A DNA stretch of 64,000 bases, taken from positions 2,546 to 66,545 of the forward strand of contig JAUMYO010000004.1 in NCBI GenBank assembly GCA_030528605.1, written 5' to 3'. The notes under the pieces were generated by a model that saw nothing but the letters and a program-made list of their open reading frames with translations, was not told the origin of the DNA and did not search any database. The DNA comes from Peptostreptococcaceae bacterium (GTDB lineage Bacteria; Bacillota; Clostridia; Peptostreptococcales; Filifactoraceae). Positions 43,123-52,202 of the stretch are shown here, in pieces. The position numbers and the translations under genes were made by a program. Within the stretch, counting starts at the first letter, position 1, and each line of letters begins with the position of its first letter.

Positions 43123-43209
43123 ATGAAAATTATTTTGTTGATAGCAATTCTTACCTTGATCATAAATATATATAACAAATCGAAAAGAGGTGGAAAATGG
43201 AAAAAATAA
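43123..43209 (+). CDS. 28-aa hydrophobic peptide with basic tail
   Basis: Below the track cutoff. ATG 43123 behind AAGGAG (11 nt spacing); MKIILLIAILTLIINIYNKSKRGGKWKK*. Overlaps the next ORF by 13 nt. Confidence 0.45.
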   Translation: MKIILLIAILTLIINIYNKSKRGGKWKK

Positions 43210-43385
43210 ACAGGAATGTTATTATCGGTAAAGCCGGAGGAACAGCCGGGAAGTCCTCCGTAAATTATAAGATCTCTTTGCCCGCTGATTGGGTCAAACA
43301 GATCGGAATTACTCCTTATGATAAGTCTGTGATTATGGAGTTTGACGGATGGCAAATAATCATAAAAAAAGAGGGTAGCAAATAA
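43197..43385 (+). CDS. AbrB/MazE/SpoVT-family DNA-binding protein
   Basis: 62 aa; YKISLPADWVKQIGITPYDKSVIMEFDGWQIIIKKE fits the swapped-hairpin AbrB pattern. Confidence 0.8.
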   Translation: MEKINRNVIIGKAGGTAGKSSVNYKISLPADWVKQIGITPYDKSVIMEFDGWQIIIKKEGSK

Positions 43386-43395
43386 GCCGCCCTCT
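43363..43395 (-). terminator. rho-independent terminator of the lysis operon
   Basis: Minus strand AGAGGG-14 nt loop-CCCTCT followed by TTTTTTT, 7 nt after the endolysin stop; overlaps the 3' end of the AbrB-like ORF. Confidence 0.7.
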
Positions 43396-43401
43396 TCTCA
43401 T

Positions 43402-44019
43402 TCATTTCTTGAAATTGATCTCCACTTTTTTCGATGCTTGATCAAACTTTATATCCATTCCCTGGTCTCTCAGGTCAGCCAAGCGGATAAAATTCTGATC
43501 ATTCTTTTTGATCACATCGACAAGCACTTCTTTCCCATTGATCTTTACCTTTTCTTTTACTACCACTTCCTCATCCTCCCTTTCGATCTTAAACGATGCG
43601 ACCTTTGCCGGGTCCATTTCAATATGTGGCGCATCCGAATAACTTTTCCAACGACCGCCCCAGGTGAGCCCCATTTTTTCGGCGATCTCTCCGGCTTTTC
43701 GTAGGATCGTATCATCGTATAGCTGTGCAGGCGGACTGCATGCGATATCGATCGCAAGTCCTGATTGATGTCTGGATTTGATATATATCCCATCACATCT
43801 GGTCACAGTTACCATTTGATGCTTTTTATATGGATTCGTCTTGGTCCTGCCCCAGCTGTAATATTCCTGCTGTGTTTCGACGGTCCGAAACGTCTGCGTG
43901 ATAAAAATATTGACTCCTGCAGCCTTGCATCTTCTCAAAAATTCTTCAGTCGCCATTTGCATTTTAGGTTGTAGCCTTTTAATGTCTTTGATCAGGGTCG
44001 GCGGTACTCCTCTTTCCAT
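43402..44019 (-). CDS. endolysin, peptidase M15 (VanY / L-alanyl-D-glutamate peptidase type) with C-terminal binding domain
   Basis: Start moved to ATG 44019 behind GGAGATG. HQSGLAIDI and WGGRWKSYSDAPHIE zinc-peptidase motifs; about 65 aa C-terminal extension. Confidence 0.9.
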   Translation of the reverse strand: MERGVPPTLIKDIKRLQPKMQMATEEFLRRCKAAGVNIFITQTFRTVETQQEYYSWGRTKTNPYKKHQMVTVTRCDGIYIKSRHQSGLAIDIACSPPAQLYDDTILRKAGEIAEKMGLTWGGRWKSYSDAPHIEMDPAKVASFKIEREDEEVVVKEKVKINGKEVLVDVIKKNDQNFIRLADLRDQGMDIKFDQASKKVEINFKK

Positions 44020-44020
44020 A

Positions 44021-44356
44021 TTACATCTCCTTGATCTCTGCACTCCATCCTTTAACGTTGAAATAGTCCACGATCGTTTCGATCACTACATCCGCTTGCT
44101 CCGGTGTTACATTGATCTTATTTCTTGCCAGCCAATCCAGCACAAATTCTTTTTTAAGCAGTCCTTGCCCTTTCTCTTTGTAGATATTCTCGGCAAACTT
44201 GATCCCCTTTTCCGCCCAATAGAGCAATTCCAGTCGCTGTTTCTCGCTTGTGTTTTCATCGATCCATTTTTTAATGGAAGGGATCAAAAACGCTGAAATG
44301 ATCAGCAATCCGATTTTGATCAACATCAGTACGATCTCAAATATCTCTTGTTTCAT
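44021..44356 (-). CDS. phage holin, LL-H-like
   Basis: 111 aa; single N-terminal TM (IVLMLIKIGLLIISAFLIP) plus a long hydrophilic tail; immediately upstream of the endolysin. Confidence 0.7.
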   Translation of the reverse strand: MKQEIFEIVLMLIKIGLLIISAFLIPSIKKWIDENTSEKQRLELLYWAEKGIKFAENIYKEKGQGLLKKEFVLDWLARNKINVTPEQADVVIETIVDYFNVKGWSAEIKEM

Positions 44357-44648
44357 TCTCTACCTCTCTTTCTGTGAGTCCCATTTTTTTCAGATTTTCG
44401 TGCTTTGCTTTGTTATAATAAAAGCTCGGAGCGATCCCAAACTCCGTAAACCATGCCGGGATAAGATACGACAGTGCTGATGTATCTTTGGTCTCCCAGA
44501 TGATGTATGCGGAAAAAGCGGTCAAGGCTGTCACAAAGAATGTCACATACACCAGCATGATCTTGCTGAACTCAAATCGTTTTTTATATCTATTCGTTTT
44601 TGCCCGATGGAGTTGTACTAGCTCCAATTCTTCTTTGCTCAGTCGCAT
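44337..44648 (-). CDS. two-TM membrane protein of the lysis cassette
   Basis: 103 aa; TM segments IMLVYVTFFVTALTAFSAYII and SYLIPAWFTEFGIAPSFY. Family not recognised. Confidence 0.5.
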   Translation of the reverse strand: MRLSKEELELVQLHRAKTNRYKKRFEFSKIMLVYVTFFVTALTAFSAYIIWETKDTSALSYLIPAWFTEFGIAPSFYYNKAKHENLKKMGLTEREVENETRDI

Positions 44649-44649
44649 C

Positions 44650-44907
44650 CTAACCTCCCATCAATCCTTTTTCGATCTGACGCATCAAAAAACTGACCAA
44701 TGTTGTGCCACCCAGCCCGATCAACCACCATATCGCTTTGTTTAGATTTTCCATCGACTTTATAAGCAGCTCCAACCGCGCCCCAAAGTCCGACTGCTTT
44801 TCTTTCAACGCATCGATCTCTTCGCTATGCTTATTCAAACGACTTTCGTTTCGATCCAATCGTTCGATCACATTTGCGTGTTTTTCATTGCAACTATTTC
44901 CCGTCAT
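44650..44907 (-). CDS. XhlA-like (hemolysin XhlA family) lysis-associated protein
   Basis: Start moved to ATG 44907 behind GGAAGGAGGG. N-terminal coiled coil plus C-terminal TM (AIWWLIGLGGTTLVSFLM), as in PBSX XhlA. Confidence 0.65.
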   Translation of the reverse strand: MTGNSCNEKHANVIERLDRNESRLNKHSEEIDALKEKQSDFGARLELLIKSMENLNKAIWWLIGLGGTTLVSFLMRQIEKGLMGG

Positions 44908-44940
44908 CGTATCCCTCCTTCCCTCGTTTCTTTCCAAAAA

Positions 44941-46200
44941 CTATTTCACGACATTCCCCTCATTGTTGATGATCGTCTTATACGATCCTTGATATCCGCT
45001 TGAGCTGTATTGTAGCCCACCTGCTCCAAATTTGAACACTTTCGTTGCATCTTTGTAGTCGTTTCCATCTACCGCGATATATAGAACTCCTTCTGCGATC
45101 GCGATCTTGCCGCTGATCGCCTGTAACACCTGTTTGCTTTCTGTCATCGCTACATTGGCAACATGGATCGACTTATCGACATTGGAGATGCTCGATGTGA
45201 TGTCCCGGACATGATCGCCCAGCTCCACTTCTCTATACTTCTGTAGCATGCAATCCCACCGGTAACTGATCACGGTCGCTTTTTTGCGGAAATTCCTTTT
45301 GGTATTGATCACTGTCACGACATCGCCGAGCTGCACATTCTCCAGCGGAGCAAGATCTTTGTACTCTTCCGTTTTGCCGAGTAGCTGGATATCTGCCTTG
45401 ATGTTCACTTTCGGGACACTTGCGGATCGAAGGAATTTTGTTGCCATCTGCCTCAGTGTGTTGTGGTCCGTGGCTTCGTTAAATTCCGCTGTGCCTATCC
45501 GTATTCGCTCGATCGTGCCGGGTGCATCGATATATTTTTCCGGCAGTCTCAGCCCATCCTTTCCGATGGGAATCAGGCGATTGATGACAGGATCGTCATC
45601 TTCGTCCACGGATAGCCCGATCAGGTTCTTCCCGTACCTTATCTGTACGCCTCGATCCGCTCCCGCATTCTTGAGCATTTTGACCGTGAAATTATCACGA
45701 ACCAGCTCTCCACCGAATCGCTTGTATATGCTGTCTTTGTCCTCGTCATTGGAGAGGATCGCTTTTATCGGATCAACTCCGCTTACAGAAAAATGGGCTA
45801 CGGTCCCCTCAAGATCCGTTTCAAAATCAAACGGCATGCTCACCATCATATTATTTTTGATCGCCGTCATGATCTGCAGCGGTGTTGCATTTGTCAGCCG
45901 GATATTGTCTAGATAATTTTCGAGCAGATCATAGCTGATGTGGTGTGCGTATGCTTTGATCGATCTTAGCGTGGGATTGACTCGATAGATCCGGAAGAGC
46001 TGTTCTCCTCTTGGAGTATTTGCCTTGATGATGTTCTCATTCTCTATTCTCTGATGCTTACCTTTTGCATCAAAAGGATGCTCCATTTCCAGTTCAAACA
46101 TGCCATTGAGTTCTTCTTTTACGATGCATGAGCTCGGCAGGATCGCTCCAAGTCCTAATCCGGCGAAGTTTGTTTCTGTTGATCTATATACTTTTATCAT
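44941..46200 (-). CDS. phage minor structural protein, Tal / prophage-tail N-terminal type
   Basis: 419 aa; the N-terminus MIKVYRSTETNFAGLGLGAILPSSCIVKEELNGMFELEMEHP...LFRIYR matches my memory of the TIGR01665-type tail-tip family. Confidence 0.75.
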   Translation of the reverse strand: MIKVYRSTETNFAGLGLGAILPSSCIVKEELNGMFELEMEHPFDAKGKHQRIENENIIKANTPRGEQLFRIYRVNPTLRSIKAYAHHISYDLLENYLDNIRLTNATPLQIMTAIKNNMMVSMPFDFETDLEGTVAHFSVSGVDPIKAILSNDEDKDSIYKRFGGELVRDNFTVKMLKNAGADRGVQIRYGKNLIGLSVDEDDDPVINRLIPIGKDGLRLPEKYIDAPGTIERIRIGTAEFNEATDHNTLRQMATKFLRSASVPKVNIKADIQLLGKTEEYKDLAPLENVQLGDVVTVINTKRNFRKKATVISYRWDCMLQKYREVELGDHVRDITSSISNVDKSIHVANVAMTESKQVLQAISGKIAIAEGVLYIAVDGNDYKDATKVFKFGAGGLQYSSSGYQGSYKTIINNEGNVVK

Positions 46201-46276
46201 TGTTCTGTTTTAGGGACGGTTTTCCGTCCCATGTGCAAAAAATTACCTAAAAAAGAGCCTTCCAGCTCTATTACCA

Positions 46277-46447
46277 TTACTCCTGATCCGTGATTGGATC
46301 GCCATTGCCGTCAAATCCGATGGCAAGCAGATCGGCAATGACATCTTCCCGTAGATCCGCAGGAACCAGTTTGATCCTTCGGGTTGCCTTCTCCGGGATA
46401 CATGTTCTTCGGTGCGCTCTTACCAGCGCCACATAAATATCGATCAT
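46277..46447 (-). CDS. small XkdX/CD1375-like tail-fibre-associated protein, copy 2
   Basis: Start moved to ATG 46447 behind AAAGGAGGAG; MIDIYVALVRAHRRTCIPEKATRRIKLVPADLREDVIADLLAIGFDGNGDPITDQE. Confidence 0.55.
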   Translation of the reverse strand: MIDIYVALVRAHRRTCIPEKATRRIKLVPADLREDVIADLLAIGFDGNGDPITDQE

Positions 46448-46514
46448 GTCCTTCGCTCCTCCTTTCGCCCAATATTCTATGATAAGCCCGATTTTTCGAG
46501 CCGCATAGCGAATG

Positions 46515-46679
46515 CTATTCCTCCACTTTGTTCCCATCATGATCATATCCCGCCTCCGTCAACATTTGTTTGACTGCTTCGATAAATTCTTCCGGAACCA
46601 ACTTCTTCTTTGCCGTTACTTTTGCCGGATCACATGTTCTTCGATGTGCCTTGACCAGATTAAAATAAATCCCTTCCAT
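46515..46679 (-). CDS. small XkdX/CD1375-like protein, copy 1 (paralogue of 46277-46447)
   Basis: Below the track cutoff. ATG 46679 behind GAAAGGGG; MEGIYFNLVKAHRRTCDPAKVTAKKKLVPEEFIEAVKQMLTEAGYDHDGNKVEE*. Shares the HRRTC.P...KLVP core with its neighbour. Confidence 0.5.
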   Translation of the reverse strand: MEGIYFNLVKAHRRTCDPAKVTAKKKLVPEEFIEAVKQMLTEAGYDHDGNKVEE

Positions 46680-46681
46680 CG

Positions 46682-46900
46682 TTATTCCCCTTTCAACTCA
46701 ATCATTTTTTCATAAAGCGTTGCAATAGCTGCCTGCACTTCAAGTTGGTCTCTCGCTCGATCCTCATAGATCGATGTCAATCCTTCTTGAAGATTTAATG
46801 TCTGTTCTTCCAAAGTGTTTACCTTCTCTTCCAGTTCTGCTTGATGATCCAGCGTCTTTCCCACGCCTTCCAAAATACTCATCGATTCTTTGTTCATCAT
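46682..46900 (-). CDS. small coiled-coil phage protein
   Basis: 72 aa, heptad-rich (LEEKVNTLEEQTLNLQEGL), tightly packed after the BppU-like gene. Confidence 0.5.
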   Translation of the reverse strand: MMNKESMSILEGVGKTLDHQAELEEKVNTLEEQTLNLQEGLTSIYEDRARDQLEVQAAIATLYEKMIELKGE

Positions 46901-46906
46901 CCCCTC

Positions 46907-48643
46907 CTACAAGATCCGATATACTTCACAATACGGTTTGATATAATACGTGCTATAATATTCACTTGGATAAAAATAGTTATTATTGTTCATTGTATTT
47001 TCTTCTCCGAGAGCAACTGTTATATTGCCTGTCCCAAATCCGAGCGGATCCGATTCACTCAGCGGCTGATTATCTCGGCGATGACCCTCCACCTCCGATT
47101 TGCTGAATTGAATGTGTTTGAAGCCTTTGAAATTACTCCCTATCGTATGATTTGGAACAGTGCCTACTTTTTGATGGTTTTGCATCGTACTGTTCCATTT
47201 GTCCGGTCGGAAAAACACAATATAATTTTCTTCCAGATTTTTGATCACTTCGGTCGGTACAGAACTTTGAGAAGCCCTCTGGTCGATCTTGTCCCCAACA
47301 TAAAAGCCCTTTCTTGAGCCGTAGATCTCCTTTTGAGACATCATCCCTTGGTACACTCGTTGAAACCGGCTCGGGTTTGCCTTAACGATACGATAGAGAT
47401 CTTTGGCATGTTCTTTGGTCCAGAGCAGTTGCGATTCATTGATCCCCAAAAAAGTTACAGAGTTGATACTGGTCCCACTCATAGAGACCACTCTTTTGTT
47501 GAATAGCCATTTGACAAAATCCGGTTTGATATTTTTCAGCACCCGCATGATCCTCTGAAATGTCGCCTCCGAAATCTCCCTGTGTCCAAACAACAAGTAC
47601 TTCGAATCGATCTCATCGGATTTCATCCGTTCAATTATAGCCGGATCGTTAAAGAACATTCGTATAATGTCCGTCTCTGTTTCAGCACTAAGAAAATACG
47701 ATAAACCCGATTGACCGTCAAACATCGATCGCCACATCCCTTTATTCCCGATGTATGAATCGATCACCTTTTTCAAAAAAATCCTGCGCTCAGAACCGGT
47801 AAAATTCATATACTTTGATTTTATGGAATTTGACGCTCGATAGGATCTCATCAGTGCCGAGCTGTTCATCATAAAATCCTTCCAGATCGTTTCGTTCTCG
47901 AGAATGTATTCCGATTCCCCCGCTACAATACTTTGGATATAGATCAGATAATTGAGCGGATCCGTCTGCGAATTGAGTTTGCCCGAGATCGTATCCAGCA
48001 TACCCAGCTTTTGATGCGTCTGTTGTCCTTGGGTGATGATGCTGTCCGCTTTGGTGTGCAATCTTGTGATTGCATCCATCACCCCCGCCGAACTGTTTTG
48101 CCTCATATACTGCACCAACCAATCCCAGACCTTGAACATCGTATCCAGATTCAGCTCCTGCGCATTCGTCCCCGGTGTGCCGATCTTTTGGATCATCGTT
48201 GTCATCAGATCATAAGCCTCATACAAGTTTTGGTATAGGATCACCAGAGCACCATACTCGTTGGATGACTCGATCGCATTATCACTCATCAGATTGCTCA
48301 CCACATGGATGCGAAACGGCAAAGTCGATAAGATCTGCTGATTATTTTTATACGTGATCACCTGTGCTTCGACATACCCTTCTTTGGCGAGCAACTGCGA
48401 TGTCAGCTCGATCTGCACTCTCCCCTGCGCCGCATTGGTGATCCTACCATTGTTAAACACCTCCGTTTGATCCGGCTTTTTCGCATATAGTCGTACCTCA
48501 TGACCCGTCAGATCGATGTTGACGCCATTATCGATCAGATTGATATCCAAAAATCGCGATCGGGCATCCTTCTGCACCGCCGTGATGATATCATGATTCT
48601 TCTTTTTAACATCCAGCGTCAGCCTATTATATATTTGTGCCAT
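46907..48643 (-). CDS. BppU-family baseplate upper protein / receptor-binding protein candidate
   Basis: Start ATG 48643 overlaps the Dit stop (TAATG). N-terminus MAQIYNRLTLDVKKK..QKDARSRFLDINLIDNGVNIDLTGHEVRLYAKKPD fits the BppU_N pattern. Confidence 0.75.
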   Translation of the reverse strand: MAQIYNRLTLDVKKKNHDIITAVQKDARSRFLDINLIDNGVNIDLTGHEVRLYAKKPDQTEVFNNGRITNAAQGRVQIELTSQLLAKEGYVEAQVITYKNNQQILSTLPFRIHVVSNLMSDNAIESSNEYGALVILYQNLYEAYDLMTTMIQKIGTPGTNAQELNLDTMFKVWDWLVQYMRQNSSAGVMDAITRLHTKADSIITQGQQTHQKLGMLDTISGKLNSQTDPLNYLIYIQSIVAGESEYILENETIWKDFMMNSSALMRSYRASNSIKSKYMNFTGSERRIFLKKVIDSYIGNKGMWRSMFDGQSGLSYFLSAETETDIIRMFFNDPAIIERMKSDEIDSKYLLFGHREISEATFQRIMRVLKNIKPDFVKWLFNKRVVSMSGTSINSVTFLGINESQLLWTKEHAKDLYRIVKANPSRFQRVYQGMMSQKEIYGSRKGFYVGDKIDQRASQSSVPTEVIKNLEENYIVFFRPDKWNSTMQNHQKVGTVPNHTIGSNFKGFKHIQFSKSEVEGHRRDNQPLSESDPLGFGTGNITVALGEENTMNNNNYFYPSEYYSTYYIKPYCEVYRIL

Positions 48644-49356
48644 TATAACCACCTCCAATTTGGCTGTATCACGACTTTAGAGACATTCCCGCTCCACCGG
48701 ATCGTATTTTCTCCGGTGTTAAAAGTCGGAAACTCCTCCGCCTCAAAGTCGTTATTTTTATTCCGATCATCTTTATACACTTCCATCATCTCTGAATTTA
48801 TCGTCACGCTGCCAGATATGTTCTTGATCCTATACGATCTGTCGTTGACCACCAGCGTTACCGTCCCCAATCCGAATACTTCGATGATCGGTTCACTTTC
48901 AAAAGTACCTTTGTTGTGAAAAATAACTGCCGATGTCGCGATGATCTCATCATCCAATGGCGATGCCGAAAACTTGAACGGATGCGTATCGAGCTGCAGC
49001 AAAAAACTCTTAAACTTTGTTGCAGCATATACCATATCGATCTGATTTACTACGACAACTTTATATTTCTTTGTCAGGTCATCCGAGAAGATCACCTCTC
49101 CCGCCCCTCGAAACAGTGCCGCGATCTTATCGATCTGCTCAAGATCGGTTACCAAACATTCGAGCGACAACGTATAATTTTCAAACGCATTTTCAAACTC
49201 ATGCAATGTGCCCGATCGCCCGGGAATATGGATGCTGCTGATCTTTTCTTTTGCACGCGGAGAAGATGGCATCTGTTGTATCACTAATCCCAACTCATCC
49301 GATCGGATACCGTTGAAAATCATGTAATTCTTCCGGAGTATGTGTTCGCTTATCAT
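48643..49356 (-). CDS. distal tail protein (Dit, siphovirus tail component)
   Basis: 237 aa; MIFNGIRSDELGLVI...IPGRSG pattern; follows the tape measure gene with an ATGA overlap. Confidence 0.8.
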   Translation of the reverse strand: MISEHILRKNYMIFNGIRSDELGLVIQQMPSSPRAKEKISSIHIPGRSGTLHEFENAFENYTLSLECLVTDLEQIDKIAALFRGAGEVIFSDDLTKKYKVVVVNQIDMVYAATKFKSFLLQLDTHPFKFSASPLDDEIIATSAVIFHNKGTFESEPIIEVFGLGTVTLVVNDRSYRIKNISGSVTINSEMMEVYKDDRNKNNDFEAEEFPTFNTGENTIRWSGNVSKVVIQPNWRWL

Positions 49357-50862
49357 GATATCCCTTCTCTCCTTTTTCTGTAAAATTCCAGCTCCTCTGC
49401 AAAATTCTGTATGTCTCTTTCATTCCCATTGTTCACATTGGCGATATGGATCACCATCCCTCCATCCGATGACTGTTTTCGATCTGATGAAATTAAGCTT
49501 TGTGTGTCTGAAACAGAATAGCTTACATTGCCTTTGATATTTGCTATGGCATCATATCCGTCAATCGTGGTTTGAGCTAGTGAGCGCATGGCATCCGATA
49601 TCGGTTTTTTTGCATCATAGATTCCATCCGCAATGATCGCAAAATCCAACTTATTCAGATCCCGTAGCGGTCCTTCTTTTGCCGGCGAGAACGGCAAGTG
49701 ATCCCTTATTTTTTGAACCACATTCCCGATCGCATCCGTCACAGCTCCGATCGCTCCTTTGATCCCATCCGCAATGGATGTAACGATGTTCTTCCCTGCA
49801 TCAAAAAATCGGTCTTTCCACTCCCTCACTTTATCCATCAGCCCGCTCATGATCTCACCGATCTTGCTATACAGCTCTTTGGCGATCGATCCGACTCCCA
49901 AAACGATATTTTTTAGGATCTCCGCTCCTGCGCCAAAAACACTCGGCAGTTTCGACACGATCATAGCTATAAATTTTACGATGATCTCTCCTGCTGCCGT
50001 CACGATTTTCGGAATAGCCTTGATAATACCGCTCACTAATTCCGTAGCTATATTTACTCCTGATTTAAGGTATTGGGGGTAATTCTGAATGATTGTGTCC
50101 AAAAATTTACTTATTACTTGAATCGTACTATCCGCAACCACCGGCAGATTTTCCAAAATCCCCGACACCAAAGACAGCAGTAGATCTTTCCCCGCTGTTA
50201 AGATTACAGGGATATTTGTCATCAAAAAACCGACAAATCCGGCAATAATATCTCCCGCCGCCGTAATAAACTCCGGCATTCCTCGTAAAATACCGGAGAT
50301 CAAATTGCGGATCAACTCCACTCCTTGATTTAGAAACATCGGTAGATTTGCCGTAATGGTATTCAGTCCATCCACAACCATTCCCGAAAAATTCGATAAG
50401 AATGAGAATGAGCCCGCTGTCATTCCCATAGAAATTTGATTGATAATATTACTCCCCGCCTCCAAAAGATGAGGGATCGCCGCTTGAACGAATGTCGCAA
50501 GAGCTGAAGGAAGTCCGACTATAATGTTCCCCAGCATCGGGAGGAGATTTTTGAAAACGAATGTTGCCGTTGTTTGAGCCAATGCCTGTAGATGCGGTGT
50601 AATGTCCTGTCCGAGAGATAGACCCCCCAGAACATTTTTGAACGATGCTTTCATAGATGCCATCGAACCCTGAAGTGTTTCCGCCGCTTCTTTTGCTGTA
50701 GTCCCGGTAATCCCAAGCTCCCCTTGGATCACATTGATCGCGTGAAACACATCCGACAAATTACTGATGTCATAGTCCATTCCGGATATTTTGCCCGCAT
50801 CCGCAAGCAACCTTTGCATCTCCTCTTTTGTTCCGCCATATCCCAATTTCAAGTTATCCAAC
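49353..50862 (-). CDS. tail tape measure protein, exon 2 (inferred)
   Basis: Encodes (M)LDNLKLGYGGTKEEMQRLLADAGK..., with long Gly/Ala/Ile-rich helical repeats. The track start is a TTG directly preceded by in-frame TAA-TGG, with no SD. Confidence 0.8.
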
Positions 50863-51705
50863 CATTACTACCCCCGGTTTCCCGGAATTTAAAAAGGAAC
50901 TTACGTTATATAAGCTCCTTAGGGATTAGACTATATCTTCAACTAATTCAAAATACCAATGTTTTTTATTCCCTTTTTGATAAATATAATTGTATTTGAT
51001 TTGTGATGTGTGGCAATCAAATCGTTTTGCAGCCCTATTTCTTGAATTAAAAACTAAAACCTCTCCAGTTAAAGAATGGATCGCTCTGACCGGCTTTTGT
51101 TTGTTTTTTATCCTATTTCTATAGCCTGACGCCATGTAGTTACCTGTTGCATCGATCCATCTTAGGTTTTCTATTCTGTTATCCGACTTGATCCCATTTA
51201 TATGATCCACTTGAGGCAGATTTTGAGGATTTGGAATAAATTCCTCCGCTATTATCCTGTGTATGTATAGCGGCATTGTTTTTCCACCTAACATCACTTG
51301 ACAATATCCATCTTTTCTTGTAGAGATCTTTAATATTCTCCCCGTCTTTCTATTCCTTACCTCTCCAAGCTCACTTACTTCATAATTAGGCTTTTGTTTA
51401 ATAGTTTTCCAAATCATATATTCCCTCTCTAAGATACATGATATCTTAAAAGGCTTAACTGGGACTATTCACACATTGATAGTTTGACAAGTTGGCACGC
51501 GCTTCCGATCACGTATCAATAGTGACCGTACTGAGTAACAAACTCATAGTCGTTACACCTTCCTCTCTCGAGGCTTGGCACGGGATCGTCATATCATTTC
51601 TGACTTAGAGTTCCCCCGTTAGCAAATGCACAACACGCATTCACACCCTTGATAAGGTTCACGTGCATTCACTGTATAATCACTTATACAGCGGACATTG
51701 ATTTT
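50863..51705 (-). mobile_element. group-I-like intron with embedded homing endonuclease gene (boundaries inferred)
   Basis: 843 nt between the two tape-measure halves. The upstream exon ends in U and the insert ends in G. Candidate P1 pairs exon UUAUACGAU with intron GCUGUAUAA; a CCGG-GAAA-CCGG hairpin lies near the 3' end. Confidence 0.65.
50926..51417 (-). CDS. HNH homing endonuclease (NUMOD4 + HNH_3 type)
   Basis: 163 aa; WKTI..NYEVSELGEVRN, HRIIAEEFIPNP, QVDHINGIKSDNRIENLRW. Confidence 0.9.
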   Translation of the reverse strand: MIWKTIKQKPNYEVSELGEVRNRKTGRILKISTRKDGYCQVMLGGKTMPLYIHRIIAEEFIPNPQNLPQVDHINGIKSDNRIENLRWIDATGNYMASGYRNRIKNKQKPVRAIHSLTGEVLVFNSRNRAAKRFDCHTSQIKYNYIYQKGNKKHWYFELVEDIV

Positions 51706-52202
51706 ATCGTATAATTTTGTTTTGCAAACCCTTGATACGCATTTTGGATCGATCCGATCGCCGTTCCCATCTTATTCGCATTATCCGCCATGTCGATCAT
51801 CGCCATGTTGGCATCTTCCGCCGACCAATCCAGTCGCCCCTCATTCGCTTTGATCAGAGCTGCCGAAAAAGAAGTGACACTTTGCATATACTCATTCGCA
51901 GAAACACCTACTGTCTTGTAAGCATCATTCGCATAGTTCTTGATCGTATCCGCGTGATCTTTGAACATCGTCTCCACACCGCCCAGCGATTGTTGCAATT
52001 CTCCTCCTTCGGTCAGAGAACTCCCAACAAATTTCCCGATCGCCGCCGCCGTGATCGCACCTTTGATCATAGAAACCAATTTACTCCCGGCAGCACTTCC
52101 TGCAGCACTCATACCCGGTTCGATCTCTTTTTGGATCATCCCGGCGATACCCTTTGCCGATGGCATGATCTGTACATACGCTTGACCCAATTCCGTTGCC
52201 AT
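51706..52202 (-). CDS. tail tape measure protein, exon 1 (inferred)
   Basis: MATELGQAYVQIMPSAKGI...AYQGFAKQNYT. The track ORF reads on into the insert for 7 codons and then stops. Confidence 0.8.

Noticed and set aside
46213-46230. Hairpin GGGACGG-TTTT-CCGTCCC as a terminator upstream of the Tal-like gene
   Set aside because: There is no U-tract on either strand, so it is kept only as a possible recombination or processing landmark.
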